Below the pieces are notes generated by a model. The model was not told the DNA's origin and ran no database searches. It saw nothing but the letters and a program-made list of their open reading frames with translations. The translations under genes and the position numbers were made by a program. Of a stretch of DNA of 64,000 bases, positions 1-9,515 are shown piece after piece (the first letter of the stretch is position 1; each line of letters opens with the position of its first letter). This stretch comes from a virus, in IMG/VR virus record IMGVR_UViG_3300035180_002574, positions 1 to 64,000 of that record. The stretch is one strand, 5' to 3'.

Positions 1-345
1 CCAAGCCGATTGGAACGTATACTTGGCTCGATTCTTCTTGCAGTAAACCATCGCTGCACCATAGATGCCAGCCTTAGTTCCCCAATTCTCGCAGCACCAT
101 TCATAACCGCCCGAGTTATAACCGTCCGGGGGAATCTTGCGCCAATCATCTCCAGGCTTCATGTTCTTCCTGGCTTCATTTGCAGCTTTATCCATCTCCT
201 CAAAGTGCTTGGGATATGGAATGTACTTGTTATGACTCAGTACCACAATATCGCCATCACGGGTTTCGCGTGAAAATTCTACGAACGCCGTGAGATCGTC
301 CTTGGGACCAGTCACAAACAAATCTTGATCGCAATGATTGGGCAT
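1..345 (-). CDS. YubB ferredoxin-like / DUF1281-like protein, runs off the window start
   Basis: Manual translation from ATG at 345: MPNHCDQDLFVTG...YEWCCENWGTK...YTFQSAW, matching the MPNWC / W..NWGTK / F.TAW pattern; absent from the ORF track because it is truncated. Confidence 0.7.
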   Translation of the reverse strand, partial: MPNHCDQDLFVTGPKDDLTAFVEFSRETRDGDIVVLSHNKYIPYPKHFEEMDKAANEARKNMKPGDDWRKIPPDGYNSGGYEWCCENWGTKAGIYGAAMVYCKKNRAKYTFQSAW

Positions 346-347
346 GT

Positions 348-605
<258 letters not shown>

Positions 606-669
606 GATTTGGCTTCAATCGCATCGAACAGGCTCGGTCAAGGCGTGAAGCTCTTTTGGATTGATCCTG

Positions 670-936
670 TCACCTACCGAAATGCTTATTTTGCATGAAG
701 TTCATGATCAGCCATCCGCCCATGAACATTCCGCAAACCAGATAGGGAGAAATCCCCATCGTATAGGAACCAACGTACAAAGCGATACTGAGAAGCAAAA
801 TGCTAGGAGTGGTCATCGATCTCTTCCTTTCCATAATCTTGCCCGACGTACATCCGCCCTTGGTGCGGAGAGAAAGTCCCTCGCTTTGCCTTCCACCATC
901 GATCTTCTCGATGAGAGCCGCAATCAGCGGATACAC
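670..936 (-). CDS. Small membrane protein
   Basis: Two hydrophobic segments in the C-terminal half. Confidence 0.5.
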   Translation of the reverse strand: MYPLIAALIEKIDGGRQSEGLSLRTKGGCTSGKIMERKRSMTTPSILLLSIALYVGSYTMGISPYLVCGMFMGGWLIMNFMQNKHFGR

Positions 937-1075
937 GCCCGTCTGAATCTCAGAATCCTCCCACGCATAACTATAGGCACGAAAGTCTTATTCACCTTGA
1001 CACAACCAACAATCGTGCCAAGAAAAGACTTCAACTCAGAAGTTACTGTGATGGTTATTTTATTGGAACCTCTGC

Positions 1076-1339
1076 TCAAGTAACCATCATGGTGGGCTTG
1101 TCATCACGATCCGTTTCTACCTCAATACACTGCGTTGCTCGCCTGATTGACATAGAGAAGTTCTCACACCCCATCAAACCATTTCGCGAATCGAAATGCT
1201 CATGAGCATAGACGAATGGACGGCTCAGATATACCTCGCCATCACGAATCATCGTAATGGTGACGGCAGAATAGATGCCCATTCCAGTCAGACGACCAAT
1301 CACACCACGAACGATCTCTTCCTCGCGAATGAGTCTCAT
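1076..1339 (-). CDS. Hypothetical protein
   Basis: ORF track; GGAG RBS upstream; minus-strand gene run. Confidence 0.5.
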   Translation of the reverse strand: MRLIREEEIVRGVIGRLTGMGIYSAVTITMIRDGEVYLSRPFVYAHEHFDSRNGLMGCENFSMSIRRATQCIEVETDRDDKPTMMVT

Positions 1340-1517
1340 GTTAGGCTCCTTTATAGTCGAGAGTCAGATTATCCTCGTGAACGACGAGCATGGAGACATA
1401 ACCCCTCATTGGACCATTGCCATCCATGCCCTCGCGAATGTATCTGCCCTCATCCAATTGCACAATGTGCATGGGCTGCGGAAACACGCGGTTCTTGACG
1501 TACACAGTCGAATCAAG

Positions 1518-2117
1518 TCAGTAATCGTAGCCGTTTCGCTCATCATAGCGGTTCTCCATGTATTCCATGTACCGCTCCTCTTCATTCCAGTGCTCGTAAG
1601 GACGCATCATTCGCGCCCCAAGATCCGAAAGCAATCCCTGGATCACTTCCAGACGCATATGGTCCTTCTCTTCACGAAGGCGAATCTCTTTCTCGAAATC
1701 GTCTCGAACCTTATCGCGAATGGCGCGAATCTGATCCTTGGTCAGATCGGGATTCTTCTGCAATGCCTGATATTCGGCATCGCCCTGGCGCTCAGCCAAC
1801 ATCTCACTAAGGTAATCAGCCTCATCCTCGCGCTCCTCGCGCGAACGCCACGAGCGATGCTCGATTTGAGTATGAATCTCATTCCATTCCGCCGCGAGCT
1901 TATTGATCATCTCCTCGCGGACCTGCGCCTTCATGGCTTTGACTTGAGCTTCGTACGAATCCTCAGAGGGACACTTGCAGTCTCCCTCGCATTCGCATTC
2001 GCATTCGATCTCGCCCTCATCCTCATGGTCCTTTTCCATTACCCAACCACGCGACATTGGAACCTCCACCATTGAATGATTGTTTGCGCAGCCCCGCTTA
2101 TCGCGCGCTGCGCTCAC
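1518..2117 (-). CDS. Acidic coiled-coil hypothetical protein (true start probably internal)
   Basis: E/R-rich helical composition; ECECEC micro-repeat. Confidence 0.6.
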   Translation of the reverse strand: MSAARDKRGCANNHSMVEVPMSRGWVMEKDHEDEGEIECECECEGDCKCPSEDSYEAQVKAMKAQVREEMINKLAAEWNEIHTQIEHRSWRSREEREDEADYLSEMLAERQGDAEYQALQKNPDLTKDQIRAIRDKVRDDFEKEIRLREEKDHMRLEVIQGLLSDLGARMMRPYEHWNEEERYMEYMENRYDERNGYDY

Positions 2118-2379
2118 GGATGAGAACGCCTGACATTATGCAATCGGCTCCACGTAATCAGATGGAGCCAATCGAGCATATCGAATCTTGCCAGGATCCT
2201 TCGGCGCATTCACACGAGTGTTCTCGGGGAATGCAGGCATCACTTTATCCTTTGGTCCCGAAGATCGCCATTCCAATGCCGGTGAACATTCCTCCACCGA
2301 CAACCAAGAATGGAATCAGATGTAGGATTACTTCCATGTCAGAACATGCTGGCGCACGGACGACATTGTGAACATATAT

Positions 2380-2724
2380 TTATTCTTCAGGTCCATCCCC
2401 AAAGACCGTGCGAAGATGCTCAAGCATCTGCTCAATATGCGGGCGAATAACCCATCCAGCCACATCATCGCATTCCGACCAGTTCTTAGCCCAATCCGTA
2501 TGTTGGAACCGCTCATCCGTCTCCGGGTGAAACCACTCGCCATTGATAAGAAGCGCCACCTCGAATGACTCGTAATCATCCGAAGATGCAAGCGTGTCGC
2601 GAGGAGACGAATAGTGAAATTCGCTAGCCTGAATGCTAGCAACCATTCCACCACCAAACTTCACGCCATAGAACCGACCAGGATTTCCAGGCACACGAAC
2701 CAGCTTGAACTCGCTCATGATCAT
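2380..2724 (-). CDS. Hypothetical phage protein (SIQASEFHYSSPR motif)
   Basis: AAGGA RBS before ATG at 2724/2718; globular composition. Confidence 0.6.
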   Translation of the reverse strand: MIMSEFKLVRVPGNPGRFYGVKFGGGMVASIQASEFHYSSPRDTLASSDDYESFEVALLINGEWFHPETDERFQHTDWAKNWSECDDVAGWVIRPHIEQMLEHLRTVFGDGPEE

Positions 2725-2909
2725 TATCCTTTGGTATCCTTTGGTATCCTTTGATGATATTGCGCACATATACCATATGGTAATCAATGCCAATGATACG
2801 AAGTTCCGACTCGCCCAGATCAATCTCTTCGCCTATTGATTGATGATCCGGGAATGCCAACTCATATTAGATCATGCTCTTGGCGACGTAGACGTACATG
2901 AGTGTTTCC

Positions 2910-3152
2910 TTACTTGTATTCGGTCATGGACGCCACTTCACGCAAGGCGTTGCGCGGGTCCTGCGTCCAATAGCGAATCCACAAGAGACCATGAACATCG
3001 GTGACGAGAAGAACCGCTCCATTGCCAATGGGGTCGTGATACCACCCCTCACCCCTGTACTTGAAGTGACCAAGATACCTTTCCAGCTCATCGACATTCC
3101 CACACACATGGAACCAATCACTGGACGGGAATCGCGCATGTTCATGCTCCAA
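2910..3152 (-). CDS. Hypothetical protein
   Basis: ORF track. Confidence 0.5.
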   Translation of the reverse strand: MEHEHARFPSSDWFHVCGNVDELERYLGHFKYRGEGWYHDPIGNGAVLLVTDVHGLLWIRYWTQDPRNALREVASMTEYK

Positions 3153-3211
3153 CCGGAATCGCTTGCATGTTTACTTTGCCACGGTTGGTAAAATCAACGT
3201 AGGCATACCCT

Positions 3212-3385
3212 TCACATCGACTCATGACGAGAGTATTGCACGCTACCGAAACTGCCGAAGTAGAGGGAGGTTTCGGGATCCCTGCAATGCTCCTGCGCCT
3301 CTTCCAAGGTCAGACCTGTCTTGATGACCTGATTCTCACCTTCGAAGAAGAAACAAATGATGCTATAGGTTACAGGTTCGCTCAT
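3212..3385 (-). CDS. Small phage hypothetical protein (IKTGLTLEEAQEHCRDPETS)
   Basis: Manual translation, 57 aa, GGAG RBS; below the ORF-track cutoff. Confidence 0.6.
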   Translation of the reverse strand: MSEPVTYSIICFFFEGENQVIKTGLTLEEAQEHCRDPETSLYFGSFGSVQYSRHESM

Positions 3386-3747
3386 TTTATTCTCCTAATA
3401 CTTGAGCTTCATCAGCCCCAGCGAATGGTGCAGGCTCTTACCATACCACAACACACCACCCCACTGACGCGCATCCCCCTGGGATTGGTTGCCTTGAGGA
3501 AATGATCATTCAGACTCGAACGAAAGGCTCGCACCGGCAACCCATCATCATGGATTATCAGATATTGAACAATCACTCATAGACAACAATCTCGTAATCC
3601 GCTCGCACGTCTCGATCCAGACGATCGTTCACATGCGCTGGCTCCACATATTCGAGAGCCAACGTAATGTATAACGAACCGTTCCCAGCCCGCCAGGCGC
3701 AGACACAAGCAAGCCTTCCAGGAACTTAGGAAATTGATCTGTGAAGT

Positions 3748-4131
3748 TTATCCTTTGGAATCTTCCGCCTCTTTGGATTCCTTGAGCAAGCGTTCGGCTC
3801 GCTCCATCCATGGATGGGAATATTCCCATGAGAGATTCTCGAAACCGCTCACGATTGCGTGACGCGAGATATCTTTGTCTACACACAGGGACCAAAGCCG
3901 CATGATTGCTGCCAATGACTTGACATCCACCGGACCTTCGCGCAAGAAACGGCGCGAATCGACCAACCAGATCTCTTGCAATCCAGAAGGCATTAGCATG
4001 AACTTGCGCACGGCTTCACGCAAGCTAAAGCCTTGCCGTCCCGCCAAGCTAGAACATAGGATCGCCGCCAGCTGAATCTCGTTCATGAGAAAAGATCCGA
4101 CGCTTTCTTCTCGAAGATCTGAGACAGGCAT
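3748..4131 (-). CDS. Hypothetical protein
   Basis: ORF track; GGGAGG RBS. Confidence 0.6.
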   Translation of the reverse strand: MPVSDLREESVGSFLMNEIQLAAILCSSLAGRQGFSLREAVRKFMLMPSGLQEIWLVDSRRFLREGPVDVKSLAAIMRLWSLCVDKDISRHAIVSGFENLSWEYSHPWMERAERLLKESKEAEDSKG

Positions 4132-4245
4132 ATTCGCCTCCCTTTGGTCATTTGATTCGGCGCAGTTTCAAGCCGCCGCCCGCTCAATTGCGTTCTTGAG
4201 CCGGAGAACACCAGCATCGTAGAAGATAGTGAGGCGAATATCAAG

Positions 4246-4509
4246 CTATCGCCTCTTTAGCAGTTGCTCTGGTATCCAAGCCCCGCGGGGACCACGTACG
4301 CAAGTGTCTATATACTTGCGCTTGTTCTTCTTGATCTTGCGAGCCGCGCTTTTCTTTTCCGTTGGTTGCGCCCCATGTGGCATCTTGTCGATCGATTGTC
4401 GATCGATGGAAGAGACGTGCGGATGCCGGCAACTCATCGTTTGCCGTCCTAGACACTGAACCATGGTGGGTTCGCATACATGAAGGAACCCAAAACCAAA
4501 TTTACTCAA
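4246..4509 (-). CDS. Small basic hypothetical protein (may start at ATG 4383, just after the repeat motif)
   Basis: ORF track; motif pair at 4385-4409 precedes ATG 4383. Confidence 0.4.
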   Translation of the reverse strand: MSKFGFGFLHVCEPTMVQCLGRQTMSCRHPHVSSIDRQSIDKMPHGAQPTEKKSAARKIKKNKRKYIDTCVRGPRGAWIPEQLLKRR

Positions 4510-4931
4510 TCATGTTATTGGCTCGGAGACTGAAGTGACTGCGCATTCCATGCTCATTCACGCCAATAATCAAGTGATCGAGCAACTGAAGATCCACATG
4601 CCTTGCCGCTTGCGCAACCCTCCGGGTAAGGATAATGTCGTTGCCCGAGGGATGGTTGTGCGCGAGAATGAACCCGCGCGCACCCATTAGCAAAATTGGG
4701 CGAAGCACACCACGCAGCAGACTCCGAACCAATGGCGACAATGGTAACGCCCAGGGCTCGATTCCTGGCATCCAATCCAATGGCGAGCAAATGCTCGCGA
4801 TCGGGCGTACCAATCAGCTCATGCACCAATGCCGCTGATGCTTCGGAGTCGTGCAGGTTCGCGCTTGGAATCATAACAGAACCATCACGAACCAGTTGGA
4901 CCTTCTGAATCGGAACGCGATATCCGCTCAT
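4502..4931 (-). pseudogene. radC: RadC-like JAB-domain gene, frameshifted and internally deleted
   Basis: DREHLLAIGLDARNR in one frame; LAHNHPSG and LLDHLIIG in another; the usual PSxxD segment is missing. Confidence 0.85.
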
Positions 4932-4937
4932 GTGCCC

Positions 4938-5078
4938 TCACTTGAGTTTGAGAATCGCCTCGCGCATCTTCGGATCCATGTGAGGATTCGTTTGCGCCGC
5001 TTCCTTCATGGCTTCCAATGCCTTCTTGCGATTGGCATTGATATTCTCGATGATTGCCCTGCGCTCGTCTGCGGTCAT
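4938..5078 (-). CDS. 46-aa helical hypothetical protein
   Basis: Manual translation MTADERRAIIENINANRKKALE; AGAGG RBS right after the motif copy at 5088. Confidence 0.55.
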   Translation of the reverse strand: MTADERRAIIENINANRKKALEAMKEAAQTNPHMDPKMREAILKLK

Positions 5079-5321
5079 TCAACCTCTTTGTCGATCGATG
5101 GGAACCGGATATGCCACCTTGCGATTGCTCTTATAGCACGCAAGTTGCGTGTCGCTATTCCAACCCGTGCGGGTGAATAGCTCTCCGCTCACGTCCACCA
5201 CTTCGGGCAACGACTTGTAATGGTCGTAATCCCTACACTCCACTTCGATGATGTTCTCGCCTTCGATGCTGACGTAAGACAACACCGCGATGAGTTGCGT
5301 GGCTTTGGCTTGCATGTTCAT
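5079..5321 (-). CDS. Hypothetical protein
   Basis: ORF track; ATGA overlap with the upstream gene. Confidence 0.65.
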   Translation of the reverse strand: MNMQAKATQLIAVLSYVSIEGENIIEVECRDYDHYKSLPEVVDVSGELFTRTGWNSDTQLACYKSNRKVAYPVPIDRQRG

Positions 5322-5647
5322 GCCCCCGGCTGATCGATCGATGGGCTCGATGCCATCCGATTCTTGGCGATATCCGCAAGCTGACCCACGTACTTGAGTG
5401 ACATGGTTCTAGCGCGAGCGAGATGCCGTCCGCTCAGATGCTTTCCTTCCAAGATCCATCGGGCATAATACGAACCCAAGCTCGCATCCGCGCCCGAGAA
5501 TCCTCGACCATTGGAATGTCTGGTGGTTTTCGTGGCTTGCTCATCCGCGGTTTGACACGCATAGATGGCAAGGATCGCACGCTCCACCGCATCGTCCCGT
5601 TGCATCAACAACCATTGAATGTATGCAGGATCGCTCTTGTCAATCAT
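5318..5647 (-). CDS. Conserved-type phage hypothetical protein (QTADEQ...NGRGFSGADA)
   Basis: Recognisable motif pattern of a common large-phage hypothetical family; GAGG RBS. Confidence 0.7.
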   Translation of the reverse strand: MIDKSDPAYIQWLLMQRDDAVERAILAIYACQTADEQATKTTRHSNGRGFSGADASLGSYYARWILEGKHLSGRHLARARTMSLKYVGQLADIAKNRMASSPSIDQPGA

Positions 5648-5734
5648 GCTCTCACCCTCGCTTGTCGATCGATGGGTCCGTTCGTAGCAGGGATTCGCTT
5701 TGCATTCACCAGAGGTTACTAAAGCGTTTCCCAG

Positions 5735-5812
5735 ATCGCCTAGTAGGAATCGAACCTACCTCGTCTCCATGCTCTCAGACATGGGCAGCCACCCAGGGTA
5801 TTCTCTAGACGA
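5735..5812 (-). ncRNA. tRNA-like RNA 1 (intact acceptor and T arms; non-canonical D and anticodon arms)
   Basis: Acceptor TCGTCTA/TAGGCGA; T arm GTAGG-TTCGATT-CCTAC; stem CCATG/CATGG with an 8-nt loop. Confidence 0.7.
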
Positions 5813-5880
5813 AACTCCCCGTTCACAACACTCAAGGTTTGTCACGAAATCAAGCACGGGGACACACTCCGAAATCGCGG

Positions 5881-5952
5881 ATCGCCTAGCAGGACTCGAA
5901 CCTGCACCTACCTACGCCAATGCGCTCGCTCTACCAGTTGAGCTATAGGCGA
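5881..5952 (-). ncRNA. tRNA-like RNA 2 (canonical acceptor, D and T arms; anticodon stem does not pair canonically)
   Basis: TCGCCTA-TA-GCTC-AACTGGTA-GAGC...GCAGG-TTCGAGT-CCTGC-TAGGCGA. Confidence 0.8.
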
Positions 5953-6214
5953 AACATCCCCTATGGGGAATCAGCTATGCTGTCTCCGTTCAACCACGGA
6001 TGGGCGCGAATCCTTATGGGCGATTCATTGCTGCCCTGGATTCGCCAGCGAATCACACCCGCCTCTACTTATACTTTGCTTTGTATAAGGAACCGTTCGG
6101 TTCGTTTTGCTTGCTTTTCAAGAGAGGCTTGTCGATCGATGGGAACCGGGGAACCGACCGAAGCCGGCTCCCCAATCCCCTAACCGATCACTGAACGAAT
6201 CTCGCTTCGCTCGA

Positions 6215-6625
6215 TTACTTCTTGGCAGCCTTCTCCGCCTCGATGCGGGCACGAAGACCCACACCGCCGCCCTTGCCCTTGCCGATGAGGAACTTCGAGC
6301 TGGGACGCTCCTGCGTCCCGTCCTCCGCGATCTCGCCCTGCGCATTGTCGCGAATGTAGCTGTGGATGCGATCCGAGAGAACCTTGTGGTTCTCGGGCTG
6401 TGCATTCATCTTGACCAGCGTCATCGTGATGAGCGCCGGAACATTCATCTTGACCAGCGCCGGATATGCATCAAAGACCGCATCCACCGCATTCGCGATG
6501 GTCTGAGTCTCCACCTCACGCTCCGAGGCATACTTGACCAGCTCCGCCTCAAACCGAGAACAGGTCTCCGCGAAGTTGAGAGAACCGTCCGCATACCGAA
6601 CCAGGAAGGGAACCACATTGCTCAT
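6215..6625 (-). CDS. Hypothetical protein, first gene after a promoter module
   Basis: ORF track; AAGG RBS; strongly GC3-biased codons. Confidence 0.75.
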   Translation of the reverse strand: MSNVVPFLVRYADGSLNFAETCSRFEAELVKYASEREVETQTIANAVDAVFDAYPALVKMNVPALITMTLVKMNAQPENHKVLSDRIHSYIRDNAQGEIAEDGTQERPSSKFLIGKGKGGGVGLRARIEAEKAAKK

Positions 6626-7219
6626 TGTTATACCTTACTTTCCGAATGCCCTTTGGGGCTTCTATTACCACGAACCATTGGAACCTTTCGGGTTCCAAGA
6701 TACTTCCCATTCCAACCCCGGAAACCGGGAGAAGGTGAGTCGTATCTAACGTATCCAAGCTGCTTGGCACCTTCAATGATGCCCCGCCTTGTCGATCGAT
6801 GGAATGCGTCAACTGCCCGCTTTGTCTTCCCAAGATGCCAGAGAGCGTTGTCGCCCTCCCAAGTTTCAAGTCTCTTGTCGATCGATGGAGCCTTGCCGCC
6901 AACGTTGCGCCGCGTCATTCGCTCACCGTCGCATTCCCGCGCCGCATTGTAGATCGATGGAATCCATCGACTTGCATCGCGCCGCGCGCCTTCACGCTCG
7001 CTTTGCTCCCTTCGCCCGCATTGTCGATCGATGGACATTCATCGTCAACGGAATCGGGAATCGAGCGAACCGTCAACCAGCGTTCACAACGCGCACCGCT
7101 TGCGTTTCCGCTACACCGTGTCGCGTCGCTTGCTGCGATTGTGTCTCATATTGTCGATCGATGGTAACCCGGCGCCCGTTGCATGTAAGGTATCGCGCGC
7201 GCGCAAAAGGATTACCCTC

Positions 7220-7240
7220 TATTAGCACGTCCCGCGCCAC
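7220..7240 (-). promoter_or_regulatory. sigma54-type -24/-12 promoter P1
   Basis: TGGCGCGGGACGTGCTAATA, GG-N10-GC. Confidence 0.7.
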
Positions 7241-7287
7241 GCCACATTACAATCTCACTGGAATCATAAACCTGGTATGTTGTTCGC

Positions 7288-7308
7288 TATTAGCACGTTC
7301 CGTGCCAA
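7288..7308 (-). promoter_or_regulatory. sigma54-type promoter P2
   Basis: TTGGCACGGAACGTGCTAATA. Confidence 0.8.
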
Positions 7309-7409
7309 GCACGATTAGCAAAACCCACATGCACCTACATCCGGGTAGAAAAATACAATATCCCTATAAAAACCCATAGGGGAGGGAAATGGGTAAATGC
7401 GTCCGGCGC

Positions 7410-7439
7410 AAAAATCCGCCCCGGAAAGGGGTGGATTTT
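7410..7439 (-). terminator. Intrinsic terminator hairpin
   Basis: AAAATCCACCCC-TTTCC-GGGGCGGATTTTT on the minus strand, downstream of the gene ending at 7551. Confidence 0.75.
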
Positions 7440-7471
7440 GCGTTATCCGTTGGTATGTTTGGGATTGGGTC

Positions 7472-7498
7472 CCCCACCAGCCATCATGGCTGATGGGG
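7472..7498. other. Strong hairpin in the 3' region of the 7551 gene
   Basis: CCCCA-CCAGCCAT-C-ATGGCTGA-TGGGG. Confidence 0.55.
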
Positions 7499-7550
7499 AA
7501 TGAACCGCGCGTGAATCCAAGCGTCCGAAAACGATTCGGATGCCGCCACC

Positions 7551-7976
7551 CTACGTGGGAAGGGTCCAGATACCGTTGCGCTTCCTAACACCAAGCGTAC
7601 CAGCGATGGTGTCGATGCTTTTCGCCAAGCCGACCGAAGTCTTGTAACCAAAGGATTCGCGCATTGCCGTCACTTGCTCGATGACGTCGAGGCGACTCAT
7701 GGCGCCTTTGGATAGGACTTGACCCACACAGGCGCGAATGGAACCGCCATTGAATGGACGCCCACGAGGGCGACTGGATTCGGTCTCGAACAACTCCACT
7801 TCATCAGAGTTGATCTTTTCGGCAAGCTCATCCAGCTTTGCCTTCTCTTCCTCGCTCAGATTTTCCTGAATCTCCTCGATGCGCTTGTCGATCGACGGGC
7901 GCATGATCGTGTGCCCGTGTCGAAGGAGGGCGAGAACGAGGGAATCGCTGGGATTATCGAGGACGATGACTCGCAC
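7551..7976 (-). CDS. Hypothetical protein, possible C-terminal winged-helix domain
   Basis: ORF track; GGAG RBS; helical C-terminus ending in a beta-hairpin (VRKRNGIWTL). Confidence 0.65.
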   Translation of the reverse strand: MRVIVLDNPSDSLVLALLRHGHTIMRPSIDKRIEEIQENLSEEEKAKLDELAEKINSDEVELFETESSRPRGRPFNGGSIRACVGQVLSKGAMSRLDVIEQVTAMRESFGYKTSVGLAKSIDTIAGTLGVRKRNGIWTLPT

Positions 7977-8037
7977 GTCTCCACCTCTTTACCTTGCTGG
8001 CAGAGTGACCAATCACGAGAACTCTCATGCGCATTAG

Positions 8038-8117
8038 TTCGTCTAATGGGAATCGAACCCATATTTCCGATTGTGATGTCGGCGTCCTTCCGCAAGGCTC
8101 TCTTAGACGATAGACGA
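8038..8117 (-). ncRNA. tRNA-like RNA 3 (enlarged D loop; 4-bp anticodon stem with an 8-nt loop)
   Basis: TCGTCTA/TAGACGA; ATGGG-TTCGATT-CCCAT; CCGA-CATCACAA-TCGG. Confidence 0.75.
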
Positions 8118-8140
8118 AACTCAGATATTCCGAACTTGTA

Positions 8141-8560
8141 TCAGACGGAGATCTTCTCCGTCTTTCGCCACTTTTCGAGCGCGTTCTTGGTGGCGCGCAC
8201 CGTCGCGGTCGAACCATGACCACGCCGGGTGACGAATCCCCCGCGAGCCAGCTTGGTGCAGGCGCTCGACACGTCGGATTCACTGTAGGCGTTCTTGAAC
8301 CGACCGTTCAAGTGATCGGTGAGATCCTGCGTGCTCACACCCTCGGCTCCGAATCGGAGAACGGCGAGCAGGGTCAGCTCGCATCGCTTCTTGAGCCCCA
8401 GGCTCACCTCGATGCGGTCACCCCTGCGAACCAGCTTGGAATCATGGCGATTGAACGTGACGCTCTTGCGGAAACGGATGCTCATGCGGAACCTTCGCTT
8501 TCCGACCCCACAACATGGGGTCAAGGGGTCATTCCAGAACTCTTCGATTGCTTGCCTCAT
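8141..8560 (-). CDS. Winged-helix DNA-binding protein
   Basis: LLAVLRFGAEGVSTQDLTDHL...SESDVSSACTKLARGGFVTRR is a typical wHTH pattern. Confidence 0.75.
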   Translation of the reverse strand: MRQAIEEFWNDPLTPCCGVGKRRFRMSIRFRKSVTFNRHDSKLVRRGDRIEVSLGLKKRCELTLLAVLRFGAEGVSTQDLTDHLNGRFKNAYSESDVSSACTKLARGGFVTRRGHGSTATVRATKNALEKWRKTEKISV

Positions 8561-8638
8561 GCTTGTCGATCGATGGAACCGAGGACCGGGCTCGATTGCC
8601 CGGTCCCCAATCCCAATCAGATCACGGAACGAACATGT

Positions 8639-8845
8639 TCAGGGCTTACCCGCCCATGCAAGAATGGCGGATAGCGTATCCATGCTCACCTGCACAGATT
8701 GACCATTCTGCTCGATGCGGAGAACCTTTGCGTTCTTCTGAGTCGAAAGGGGATGAGGATTGCTCATCACCACTTCGACCATCGGAGTGTCCTCGTTCCC
8801 GCCCGTGAACAAACACTGCTCGCCCAGCGGCTTGAAAACCTGCAT
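8639..8845 (-). CDS. Hypothetical protein
   Basis: ORF track; GGAG RBS. Confidence 0.6.
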   Translation of the reverse strand: MQVFKPLGEQCLFTGGNEDTPMVEVVMSNPHPLSTQKNAKVLRIEQNGQSVQVSMDTLSAILAWAGKP

Positions 8846-8933
8846 TGTCAGACTCCGAGTTTGAAGGTTGTAAACGTGGATAGGGGCGATGTTGATCGAT
8901 GGGAACCTTGACGATCACTTACTCGATTCTTGG

Positions 8934-9119
8934 TCAATCACCATCCGCATCCATGGATGCTTCGATGGCATCACGCTCGGCGGCGTGCCGATCGCCCTTG
9001 CGCTCCTTGTGCGGACCACCAGACTTGCATCTGCGGAGATCTTCGTAGGTATCGAAGCTGCGCCCCTTGATCTCTTTCACCTTGGAATTACCGCCGATCT
9101 TTTTGAACGACTTACCCAT
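8934..9119 (-). CDS. Small basic hypothetical protein
   Basis: ORF track; GAGG RBS. Confidence 0.6.
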   Translation of the reverse strand: MGKSFKKIGGNSKVKEIKGRSFDTYEDLRRCKSGGPHKERKGDRHAAERDAIEASMDADGD

Positions 9120-9155
9120 GACCCTCGTTCCTCCGCTTGTCGATTCGCAACTCTT

Positions 9156-9386
9156 CTACCCATTCGTAACGATGTGCCTCGTCATTCCAGACGACAAGGA
9201 GACGGGAACCCAGGTTCCCTTGACGGGCTTGCGCAGGTTGGCGAACATGGGCGGAAGGGGCTTGAGAATCGCAAACCCTCGGCAATAGGCGTGCTGCGAG
9301 TGCGGAGCCGCATTGGACTTCTGTCCGCACTTGGAACACACGCACGGTTCCACCTTGACGCCCGCCGACTTCTTGCTCTTCGCCAT
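9156..9386 (-). CDS. Small Cys/His-rich (zinc-finger-like) protein
   Basis: Start reassigned to ATG 9386 after motif plus GAGG; CVCSKC...H..C. Confidence 0.6.
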   Translation of the reverse strand: MAKSKKSAGVKVEPCVCSKCGQKSNAAPHSQHAYCRGFAILKPLPPMFANLRKPVKGTWVPVSLSSGMTRHIVTNG

Positions 9387-9515
9387 CTTGAACCTCTTGT
9401 CGATTGATGGATCACGCTTGGCGCGATGATTACCATTATAACTGTCGAACCACACCTTTCCATACCAAAACCTTTTCGGTATGGAATATGAGTTATGAGT
9501 TTCGTTCGCGGGCGT

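Noticed and set aside
6789-7164. 14-mer cluster as a CRISPR array
   Set aside because: The repeat is only 14-18 nt, spacers are 44-116 nt and irregular, copies also lie singly at gene junctions, and no cas genes are visible.
7313-7333. Eighth sigma54 site (TTTTGCTAAT)
   Set aside because: No GG at the -24 position (CA instead).
5735-8117. Calling the three elements functional tRNA-Leu, -Pro and -Val
   Set aside because: No canonical 5-bp stem with 7-nt loop, so anticodons cannot be assigned reliably.
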